The position numbers were made by a program, and so were the translations under genes. This document shows positions 28,865 through 36,593 of a stretch of 64,000 bases of DNA, in pieces. This stretch comes from Thermoanaerobaculia bacterium (lineage in GTDB: Bacteria; Acidobacteriota; Thermoanaerobaculia; Multivoradales; UBA5704): the NCBI GenBank assembly GCA_044226625.1, contig JBGAGQ010000020.1:1-64000 (forward strand), written 5' to 3'. The notes beneath the pieces are model-generated. The model worked only from the letters and a program-made list of their open reading frames with translations, was not told where the DNA came from and did not search any database. How positions within the stretch are numbered: the stretch's first letter is position 1; every line of letters starts with the position of its first letter.

Positions 28865-29281
28865 ATGTTCCATCGAATCTTGATTCCGTTGGCCTTCAAC
28901 GACGAGAACGAAGCGGCGATCCGCGTCGGCTGCGATCTCGCCCAGCGCGAAGGCTCCGAGGTCCTGTTGCTCCACGTGGTGGAGACCATCCGCGGCATCC
29001 CGTTCGAAGAGATGCGCGACTTTTACGAGCGCCTCGAACGTCGGGCGGAGACGGAGCTCGGCGCCGTGGCCGAGCGATTCCGCGCGCTCCCGGTGGAGGT
29101 GAAGAGCGACGTGGTCTTCGGCGCCCGCGCCGAGCAGATCGTCTCGTACGCCCAGGAGCGCGGCGCCGACCTGATCGTCCTCTCCTCGCATCCGGCGAGT
29201 CCCGACAGTCCGGCGAGCCTCGGCACGATCAGCCACCGCGTGGCTCTGTTCGCGAGCTGCCCGGTCCTGCTGGTGAAGTGA
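28865..29281 (+). CDS. Universal stress protein (UspA family)
   Basis: MFHRILIP, LLHVVE, ADLIVLSSH, LGTISHRV...CPVLLVK. Confidence 0.92.
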   Translation: MFHRILIPLAFNDENEAAIRVGCDLAQREGSEVLLLHVVETIRGIPFEEMRDFYERLERRAETELGAVAERFRALPVEVKSDVVFGARAEQIVSYAQERGADLIVLSSHPASPDSPASLGTISHRVALFASCPVLLVK

Positions 29282-29399
29282 TCAGAGGGAGACCGGCGAT
29301 GTCGCCCCGCCCGTCGTAGGGCCTCCGTCCCAAGCTCGATCACGGGCACGGGTCGCTCCTACGCTCGGCCGCGGCCGCGTTCGGCTACACTCCCCGGCC

Positions 29400-31580
29400 A
29401 TGAAATCGACACGTGCGGCGGCATTGCTGGGACTCTTGTTCTGCGGCCGGGAGGGGTTCGCCTTGGACGGCAAATGGACACCGGAGCAGGTGCTCCAGAT
29501 CGACGCGAAATGGCTGCGCGAGCAGGGGCTGAACGTCGCCCCTTCCGCACTCTGGAGCGCCTCCGGCGCCGGATTGCTCGATGCCGCGGTGGGCATCGAA
29601 GGGTGCTCCTCCGGATTCGTCTCGAGCGACGGCCTCCTGATCACGAATCACCACTGCGTCTTTTCGATCCTCCAGCAGCATTCGACGCCCCAACGCGACC
29701 TGATCACCCACGGTTTCGTCGCGAAGACTCGAGCTGAAGAGCTGTCCGGCGGCGGCGTCCGCGCGGCGATCCCGCATCGCGAAACCGACGTCACCGCGCA
29801 GGTGGAGGCGAGCGTCCCGGCCGGCGCCGACGACCTCGCGCGCGCCCGGGCGATCGAGCGCAAGGGCAAGGAGCTGGTCGCCGAGTGCGAGAAGCAGCCC
29901 TCCCGTCGCTGCCGCTGCGCGGTGTTCGACGGCGGGGTCTCCTATCGCCTGATCGAGACGATCGAGTACCCCGACGTCCGCCTGGTCTACGCGCCACCGC
30001 GCGCGGTCGGCGAGTATGGCGGCGAGGTCGACAACTGGAGCTGGCCGCGCCATACGGGCGACTTCGCGCTGCTGCGCGTCTGGGCCGCCGACGACGGCTC
30101 GCCCGCGCCGAAAGGCGATGGGACCGCGAGCTATCGGCCGCGCCACTGGTTCCCCGTCTCCCCGACCGGCGTCAAACCCGGCGACTTCGTGATGCTCGCA
30201 GGGTATCCGGGAACCACCTACCGCTCGCTGACCGCCGCCGAGATGCGCGAGAGGGCGGAGCTTTTCTTTCCTCGGAGAGCTGAGCTCTACCGCGCTTGGA
30301 TCGACCTCATGGAATCCGCGTCCGCCTTGGGTGACGCGCCGCGGCTCGCGCTCGCCGATCGGATGAAATCGCTCGCCAACCGAGAAAAAAGCGCCCGCGG
30401 CCAGGTGGCGGGGCTCGCCCGGGGCAAGGTCCTGGCGAACAAGCAGGCCGAAGAGCAAGAGATCCTGACCTGGATCGCCGGCCATCCGGCCTACGCCCCG
30501 GCAACCGCTGCACACGCGGAGCTAGCCGCGCGGATCGAAGAGCGGCTCGCGACCTGGGATCGCGACTTCCTGCTCTGGCAATCCCACGGCGGAGCCAAGC
30601 CTCTCGACCTGGCCCTCACCCTCGTACGCTGGGCGGAAGAGCGCGCCAAGCCCGACCTCGAGCGCGAGCCGGAGTACATGGCGCGCAACAGCGACCGGAT
30701 CGCCGAGCGTTTGAAGCTCGACCAGACCAAGATGTACGCCCCGACCGAAGAGGCGTTGCTCGCCGACTGGCTCGGACGTATGGCCACCTTACCGGCGGAG
30801 AGCCGATCGCCGGCGGTCGAAGCGCTTCTAGGGTCTTCCGGCACCGCGCGGACGCCCGAGGCGATCCGCGCCGCGGCCTCGGCGCTCCTCGCCGGATCGA
30901 AGGTCACCGACGCGGAAGCGCGCGAAAAGATGGCGACGGAAAGCGAAGCCCAGCTTCGGGCTCGCCGCGATCCCCTGCTCGACTTCTCCTTCACGCTCGA
31001 CCGAGAGCTGCGCGACCTCAAGGAACGGGACGATCGCCACGACGGCGCGATCTCGCGGCTCCGCCCGGTTTGGCGCAAAGGGGTCGCCGCCTGGGCGGGC
31101 AAACCCGTGGCGCCCGATGCCAACGGCACGCTCCGTGTGACCTTCGGCCACGTCCAGGGCTACCGTCCCCGCGATGGCGTCTGGATGGAACCGCAGACCA
31201 CGCTCTCCGGGATGGTCGAGAAGAGCACCGGGGACGAGCCGTTCGCCGCGCCCGCCGCCCTGCTCGCCGCCGCGCCGGGTGCCGCCGCGAGCCGGTTCGC
31301 CGACCCGCGGCTCCATGACGTCCCGGTCGGATTCCTCGCCGACGCCGACACCACCGGCGGCAACTCGGGAAGCCCGGTGCTCGACGGCGATGGCAAGCTG
31401 GTCGGAGTCAACTTCGACCGCGTCTGGGAGAACGTCGCGAACGACTTCGGCTTCAATCCGGAGGTCGCCCGCAACGTGTCGGCCGACGTGCGCTACCTAC
31501 TTTGGATGCTCGAGAGCATCGAAGGCGACGCCGCCCGTCCGCTCCTCGAGGAACTCCTGGGCGGGAAATCAAAGCCGTGA
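29400..31580 (+). CDS. S46 family dipeptidyl peptidase (DPP11-like)
   Basis: Signal peptide then DGKWTP, GCSSGFVS, TNHHC, DNWSWPRHTGDF, DANGTLRVTFG, TGGNSGSPV, NFDR. Confidence 0.93.
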   Translation: MKSTRAAALLGLLFCGREGFALDGKWTPEQVLQIDAKWLREQGLNVAPSALWSASGAGLLDAAVGIEGCSSGFVSSDGLLITNHHCVFSILQQHSTPQRDLITHGFVAKTRAEELSGGGVRAAIPHRETDVTAQVEASVPAGADDLARARAIERKGKELVAECEKQPSRRCRCAVFDGGVSYRLIETIEYPDVRLVYAPPRAVGEYGGEVDNWSWPRHTGDFALLRVWAADDGSPAPKGDGTASYRPRHWFPVSPTGVKPGDFVMLAGYPGTTYRSLTAAEMRERAELFFPRRAELYRAWIDLMESASALGDAPRLALADRMKSLANREKSARGQVAGLARGKVLANKQAEEQEILTWIAGHPAYAPATAAHAELAARIEERLATWDRDFLLWQSHGGAKPLDLALTLVRWAEERAKPDLEREPEYMARNSDRIAERLKLDQTKMYAPTEEALLADWLGRMATLPAESRSPAVEALLGSSGTARTPEAIRAAASALLAGSKVTDAEAREKMATESEAQLRARRDPLLDFSFTLDRELRDLKERDDRHDGAISRLRPVWRKGVAAWAGKPVAPDANGTLRVTFGHVQGYRPRDGVWMEPQTTLSGMVEKSTGDEPFAAPAALLAAAPGAAASRFADPRLHDVPVGFLADADTTGGNSGSPVLDGDGKLVGVNFDRVWENVANDFGFNPEVARNVSADVRYLLWMLESIEGDAARPLLEELLGGKSKP

Positions 31581-31876
31581 GACGGGCGCTCGGCGGAGAG
31601 CTCGACCGGGCCGCGGGCGAGTCGCGTCCGCCGCGCCCTTCGCCGTTCCGCTGGCTGCTGGTCTGGCTGCTGCTCGCCACCGTCTACTTCGTCCTCCGCT
31701 TGGGGATCCGCTGGGCGCTGGGCGACGCCGTGGGAGGGATGGAGCTGGTGACCGCGGGATTTCGTGGCCTCGACGGCAGAGAGCTCGCGGTGGTGCCGGC
31801 CGTACAGACCTTCGCCCTCACCCTGCTTGCCGAGCTACGACGCGCCGTCAAAGACGTCCCCGACGAAACGGCTTGA
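31577..31876 (+). CDS. Small membrane protein, hypothetical
   Basis: GTG start overlaps the upstream TGA (GTGA); two hydrophobic segments. Confidence 0.6.
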   Translation: MRRALGGELDRAAGESRPPRPSPFRWLLVWLLLATVYFVLRLGIRWALGDAVGGMELVTAGFRGLDGRELAVVPAVQTFALTLLAELRRAVKDVPDETA

Positions 31877-31892
31877 GCGTCGTTCTCTCAGC

Positions 31893-32063
31893 GTAGAGGC
31901 CCCCTCCTAACCTCCCCCCGCAAGCGGGGGGAGAGACACTTCGGCGAGCGGTCGTGCCGGACCGAGCGAGGCGCAAAGGCCGAGCACGGCGGGAAACACA
32001 CAGACCTACCGAAGAGCCTCCTCCCCCGCTTGCGGAGGAGGATCGAGGTGGGGGCGCCTCTGC
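31893..32063. repeat. REP-like palindromic elements forming an inverted doublet between convergent genes
   Basis: 31893-31935 gtagaggccccctcctaacctccccccgcaagcggggggagag versus reverse complement of 32017-32063 gcagaggcgcccccacctcgatcctcctccgcaagcgggggaggagg; each copy holds its own hairpin. Confidence 0.8.
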
Positions 32064-32124
32064 GGCGACGAAGGTCCCGTCCTAGGGCTCACCCTGAGAG
32101 CAGGGGGAGGGACACCTCGGCCGG

Positions 32125-32904
32125 TCAGCCTACGGTCTCGTCGGGATCTTGGTCTTCGAAGGTGAGGAGGACGACGGTGACGTTATCGGTGCCGCCGCGG
32201 GCGTTCGCATCGGCGACCAGGGCGCGGCAGGTCTCGTGGAGCGAACGACCGGAGAGGAGGCAGTCGCGGATCTCGCGATCGGAGAGCATGGTCGTCAGGC
32301 CGTCCGAGCAGAGCAGGAAGAGGTCTCCCGGCGCCATCTCCAGCTCCCGCACGTCGATCAGGATCTCCGATTCGCCGCCGAGAGCGCGCGTCACCACGTT
32401 TTTCAGCGGGTGCGAGCGGGCCTGCTCTTTGGAAAGGAAACCCGCGACGACCTGCTCGTGAACCCAGGTGTGGTCCTGGGTGAGCTGCTCGAGGACCCCG
32501 TCCCGAAGGCGGTAAGCGCGGCTGTCGCCGACGTGGGCGACCGCGCCCGAGTCGCGTTCGAGGAGGAACCCGACCACCGTGGTCCCCATGCCGGACAGCG
32601 AGTCGTCCTGCTCGATCGCCCGCAGCACCTTGTGATGGGCCGCCTTGAGCGCCATCTTCAAGCGCCGCGCGCCGTGGCCGAGAGCGCCGTCCGGGCCGAG
32701 CGGGATACCGTCCTGCGCGCTCTTTTCGATGTAATCCCGGATCGCCCGCACGGCAACCTGCGCCGCGACCTCGCCGTGGTTGTGCCCGCCCATCCCGTCG
32801 GCGACCACGTAAAGGCGGTGCTCGGGATCGATCTCGAAGTAATCCTCGTTGTGCAGCCGGGTCAACCCGACGTCGGAGAGGCCGCAGGCCTTCACTTTGA
32901 GCAT
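32125..32904 (-). CDS. PP2C-family Ser/Thr protein phosphatase (Stp1-like)
   Basis: SDVGLTRLHNED, VADGMGGH, MGTT, HVGDSRAY, LCSDGL, GGTDNVT. Start MLKVK at 32904 is coupled to the upstream stop (TGATG). Confidence 0.94.
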   Translation of the reverse strand: MLKVKACGLSDVGLTRLHNEDYFEIDPEHRLYVVADGMGGHNHGEVAAQVAVRAIRDYIEKSAQDGIPLGPDGALGHGARRLKMALKAAHHKVLRAIEQDDSLSGMGTTVVGFLLERDSGAVAHVGDSRAYRLRDGVLEQLTQDHTWVHEQVVAGFLSKEQARSHPLKNVVTRALGGESEILIDVRELEMAPGDLFLLCSDGLTTMLSDREIRDCLLSGRSLHETCRALVADANARGGTDNVTVVLLTFEDQDPDETVG

Positions 32905-33542
32905 CAGCCGCTCCGTCCGAACAGGCCGCGTCGGCGCGCGGGGGCGAGCGCTTCCAGGGCGGCCGCCACCTGCGGATCGTCGCCGCCCCAATTGAGCGCC
33001 TCGCGATAGAACCGCTCGGCTTTCGGGACGTCTCCCGCTTCGGCGGCGAGACGCCCGGCGAGCTTGAGATACGCCGGGTTCATCGGGGCGAGTTGGCAGG
33101 CGCGCTCGATCGCGATGACCGCCCGCGACGCCTGTCCGGGCGCCTGCGAGCAGGCCAAGGCCAGATGGTGCCACGCCTGCGCGTTGCCACGCTCCTCTTG
33201 GACGGCCGCATCGAAGTTCTCCACCGCCGCGGGGTAGTCGCGCTCGCGGTAGGCCTTGATGCCACGCTGCAGGTAGACCCGGCCCAGGTTGCGTGCCTCG
33301 GTCGTCTGCGCCGATTCGTTGGGCCGGGAGAGCGCGCGGTCGTGCTCGCGCCGCTGCGTCGCGTCGGAGAGGACGTTGAAGGCCTGGGTGATCGCCTGGA
33401 AGTCCTGCTCCGCCTTCTCCTTCGCCGCGCCCTGGAAACGGTCGGGATGCCGCTCCCGCGCAAGCTCGCGGAAACGAGCTCGGACCTGCTCCTCGGTGGC
33501 GTTCCGAGGCAAAGCGAGTACCGCGTAGAAATCGGTGGACAT
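32904..33542 (-). CDS. J-domain (DnaJ) protein with TPR repeats
   Basis: DFYAVLAL..HPD..FQAITQAFNVLSD J domain, followed by TPR-like helices. Confidence 0.9.
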   Translation of the reverse strand: MSTDFYAVLALPRNATEEQVRARFRELARERHPDRFQGAAKEKAEQDFQAITQAFNVLSDATQRREHDRALSRPNESAQTTEARNLGRVYLQRGIKAYRERDYPAAVENFDAAVQEERGNAQAWHHLALACSQAPGQASRAVIAIERACQLAPMNPAYLKLAGRLAAEAGDVPKAERFYREALNWGGDDPQVAAALEALAPARRRGLFGRSG

Positions 33543-33552
33543 GGGTCGGCGA

Positions 33553-34557
33553 TTATTGAAGCTTGATTCTATACAAACGGAGAGCGGTCGAGCGCACGAC
33601 GTCGGGAATGTTGCGGTCCCGACCGAGCTCGCGAAGATCGCGCACCGCCAGGCGCCCGACCAGCCGCATCGCGTGGACCACCGGCGTCCGCGGATTCTGC
33701 ACCAGCGCCTTGATGATCGGATATTTCGCCGCCCACTCCCTGCGGTTGGCGATCTCGGAGAGGACCTCTTCGCACACCGCCCGGTTGCGCGCGATCTGCT
33801 CCGCCTCGGTGTCGGGAATGCCGTTGTTGGTGAGCACCCCGACGGCGATCTGGGCCACCGGATCGCGAATCAGGATGTTGCGCAGAGGCTTCGCTGCACC
33901 GCGGGTGAGGCGCATCCGCGCGGGCACCGGCAGTAGGCGGATCTGCCCTTCCGAAAGGCCCGTCTGCTCGTCGAACTCGCCCACCGCCGGCTCGGATTTG
34001 ACCGCCGCCACCGCCGCGACGAACGCCTCCTCCGAGATCTCAGGAATGTCGTGCGCGGCCGAAGGCGCGCGCGGCAGGAGGTGCTGCCGGTATTCGAGGA
34101 TGCGCCGGTGGGCGTAGATCGAGATCTGCGGATTCGCCTCCAGCGCATCGAGGATCGCCGGCTCCTCGACGATCGCGTCCTGGCGAAGGATGAGGATCTC
34201 CTGCAGGTCGGACGGGAGCCAGCGCGCCATCTCCACGAGCAGCGGGCGCGGCGCGTCTCGGCGCCGGAGGATCGCTTCGAGGACCACCGGATGCCGCAGG
34301 CGGTCGACGCAGTACGAGAGCACGTCGTACGACGGAATCCGCTCGACCAGGCGGGAGAGCATCCTCGGATCGAGCGCGGCGAGCGCGCCCCCGGCGAGCG
34401 AGGCGAGCTCCGCGTCGGCCGAGCGCGCGAGCTCGATCTGAAGGGGGACCAAATCTTCCGGCGGAAGCGGCAGCAGGCCGGTGGCGGCCAGTCGACGAAG
34501 CTCGACGTTGGTCCCGGATCGGACCTGCTCGATCAGGGAATTGCCACCCTCGGCCAC
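33553..34557 (-). CDS. Conserved hypothetical helical-repeat (LRV/HEAT-like) protein
   Basis: Likely GTG start 34557 just after the rodZ stop; repeats such as ALEANPQ, VLTNNG, LVQNPRTP. Confidence 0.75.
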   Translation of the reverse strand: MAEGGNSLIEQVRSGTNVELRRLAATGLLPLPPEDLVPLQIELARSADAELASLAGGALAALDPRMLSRLVERIPSYDVLSYCVDRLRHPVVLEAILRRRDAPRPLLVEMARWLPSDLQEILILRQDAIVEEPAILDALEANPQISIYAHRRILEYRQHLLPRAPSAAHDIPEISEEAFVAAVAAVKSEPAVGEFDEQTGLSEGQIRLLPVPARMRLTRGAAKPLRNILIRDPVAQIAVGVLTNNGIPDTEAEQIARNRAVCEEVLSEIANRREWAAKYPIIKALVQNPRTPVVHAMRLVGRLAVRDLRELGRDRNIPDVVRSTALRLYRIKLQ

Positions 34558-34559
34558 GC

Positions 34560-35564
34560 TTAGGGCGACTCTTTCTCGCTCTGGATCTGTCGCAACGTGT
34601 CGAGGTCGATCGAGCGCCGGACGACCTCGCCTTGCCGCCGCGGCAGGGAATAAGGCAGACCGTTCAACCGCGCGTCGACCGCGCCCGAGCTGCCGAGCGT
34701 CAGCTCGATCGTGCGGTCCGCCTCGAGCTGGAGCGTCTCGCCCTGGACCCGCTTCTCGCTCACGTGTCGCGCGCCCGCGTCCATAACCGCGTCGACCCAA
34801 CAGTCGGCCGTGAAGTCGAGCGTCAGACGAAGCGCCCGAGCGGGAGTCGCCGGCGCAGGCGCCGGTGGAGGCTGGGGCGCTGGGCGCGTCGCGGCGGGAG
34901 GCGCGCTAGCGGCCGCGGGCGCCGCGGCCGCTCCGGAACCGAAGCCGGCCGGCGCGGCGGGATGGGCGCGCCGCTGATCCGCGAGCCAGGCGGCGAGCGC
35001 CACGACGCCGAGCAGCGCCGTGGTCGCGAGGCCGAGGAACAACCAGCGCCGCCAGGCGCCGCTGGACGACGGCCGCGACATCGTCAACGGCGGACCGCCG
35101 GCGAGCGAAACCGAGGAACCGGTGAATCCCTCCGAGCTGCCGGAGCCGGAAGAGCCGGCGGAACCGCCCTCCCGACCCTCGAGACCTTGGGCCGCGAGGA
35201 AATGGTTGACCACCTCGTCCGGATTCAGGCCGACGTACCGCGCGTACTCCCGCAGGAAGCCGCGCGCGAACACCGGCGCGGGAAGCAGGGCGAACCGGTT
35301 CTCCTCGAGCGCCTCGAGATACCGCAAGCTGATCTTCGTCCGCTCGGCGATCTCGCGCAGGCTCACCTCGCGCGCTTCGCGCTGCCGGCGCAGCCAGATG
35401 CCGAACGAGCCCGGATCGCCCTCGACCGGACGCTCGATCGGCGCCGGGGGCGCCGCCGGTCCGTCGGACTTGGCGCCACGCGACCGTGGCTCGACCGGGG
35501 AGGCCAATTCGGTTTCTGCTCCGCGTTGAGGAATTCGGCGTCGTTTGAAGGATTGTTCCGCCAC
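34560..35564 (-). CDS. rodZ: RodZ-like protein (HTH, TM helix, DUF4115-like C-terminus)
   Basis: FGIWLRRQREAREVSLREIAERTKISLRYLEALEEN..LPAPVFARGFLREYARYVGL; one TM; CWVDAVMD...LGSSGAV..LNG. Confidence 0.82.
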   Translation of the reverse strand: MAEQSFKRRRIPQRGAETELASPVEPRSRGAKSDGPAAPPAPIERPVEGDPGSFGIWLRRQREAREVSLREIAERTKISLRYLEALEENRFALLPAPVFARGFLREYARYVGLNPDEVVNHFLAAQGLEGREGGSAGSSGSGSSEGFTGSSVSLAGGPPLTMSRPSSSGAWRRWLFLGLATTALLGVVALAAWLADQRRAHPAAPAGFGSGAAAAPAAASAPPAATRPAPQPPPAPAPATPARALRLTLDFTADCWVDAVMDAGARHVSEKRVQGETLQLEADRTIELTLGSSGAVDARLNGLPYSLPRRQGEVVRRSIDLDTLRQIQSEKESP

Positions 35565-35729
35565 TTGGCTTCGAACTCTACGCGCCCGCCCCCTGGCGGT
35601 CAAATGCTGCAATCGAATAAATCGCCCTCTCGGACGACCGGCGTCCGCTCGGGCAATGAAGGGCGGACGAACGACGAACGATCGACGGAAAAACCGCTTC
35701 CGATCATGGGAAAGCGAAGGACGCGTGCC

Positions 35730-36500
35730 TCAGCCGACGCCGCCCGAAAGCAGCTCGGCGCGGCGCCGGAGCGGGGTCGCCAGACGGCCGTCCGCGGCGA
35801 TGCCACGAAGCTCGTCTTTCCGCAAACCCGGCAGCAAGGGGAGCGCGATCGCCACGGGCGTCTTCGGGTTGCGACAGATCAGGAGGCGGAGATCGTGGCG
35901 CGCTCCCCAGCGCGGGTTGGCCGCGACGGCCTGAAGGAGGGCGGGCAGCGCCCGTTCGCTCGCGAGCGCGGGACCGAGCAGACCTTCGGTGAGGCGAGGG
36001 TTCTCGAGCAACGCGGCGATCACCCGGGGGGTCGGGTCGCCGCGCAACACGGCGATCACGCCGGCCCCGCAGCGCCGGGCGATCGCGATCTTCTCGCCGA
36101 TCGCGAGCCGAGGAAGCCGGACGAGCAACGCCGTCTCAGCCGCGCGTCGAACCGTGGGCCGAACCCTCACCTCGACGCTCACCGCGAGCAGGTCCGCCCA
36201 GTAGAGCCCTCCGACGAGATCGAGTGCGACCACTTCGGGTGCCCGTGGGCAGAGCGCCAGGGCGCGACGCACCGAATAGGCCGAGACGAGGCCCGGCCGC
36301 TCGGAGATCATGCGCGCGCCATCGCTCTCGAGGAACGGATTGCGCAGGGCCGCGACCGCCTCGTCCGGGCCGAACCGCTCGAGGTGCTCCGCGAGCAAAC
36401 GGGACAGCTCCTCTGGAGTCGCTTCGCGCAACCGCCGCGCGAGCTCGGTCTCGGGAGCCGCGGGCTCTTCGACCGACGGATCGGCCGCCTCGGCCGACAT
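35730..36500 (-). CDS. Conserved hypothetical helical-repeat protein, similar to 33553-34557
   Basis: Repeats ALRNP, LALCPRAP, LLENPRL, ICRNPKTP. Start at ATG 36500 (or GTG 36539); the longer ORF is antisense to greA. Confidence 0.72.
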   Translation of the reverse strand: MSAEAADPSVEEPAAPETELARRLREATPEELSRLLAEHLERFGPDEAVAALRNPFLESDGARMISERPGLVSAYSVRRALALCPRAPEVVALDLVGGLYWADLLAVSVEVRVRPTVRRAAETALLVRLPRLAIGEKIAIARRCGAGVIAVLRGDPTPRVIAALLENPRLTEGLLGPALASERALPALLQAVAANPRWGARHDLRLLICRNPKTPVAIALPLLPGLRKDELRGIAADGRLATPLRRRAELLSGGVG

Positions 36501-36593
36501 CCGCTCGTCGGCGATGGGGGCGATGGGATCGGCGCTCACCCCGGGGAGCTTACCGCCGAAGACGCCGGATTCTGCTATCGTTCGCGGTCCCCT

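Noticed and set aside
34632-36593. 1340-aa ORF suggesting a giant GreA fusion
   Set aside because: The first ~650 codons are antisense to rodZ and a hypothetical gene and read as Arg/Gly-rich shadow sequence; the real start is ATG 36594, with a -10 box upstream.
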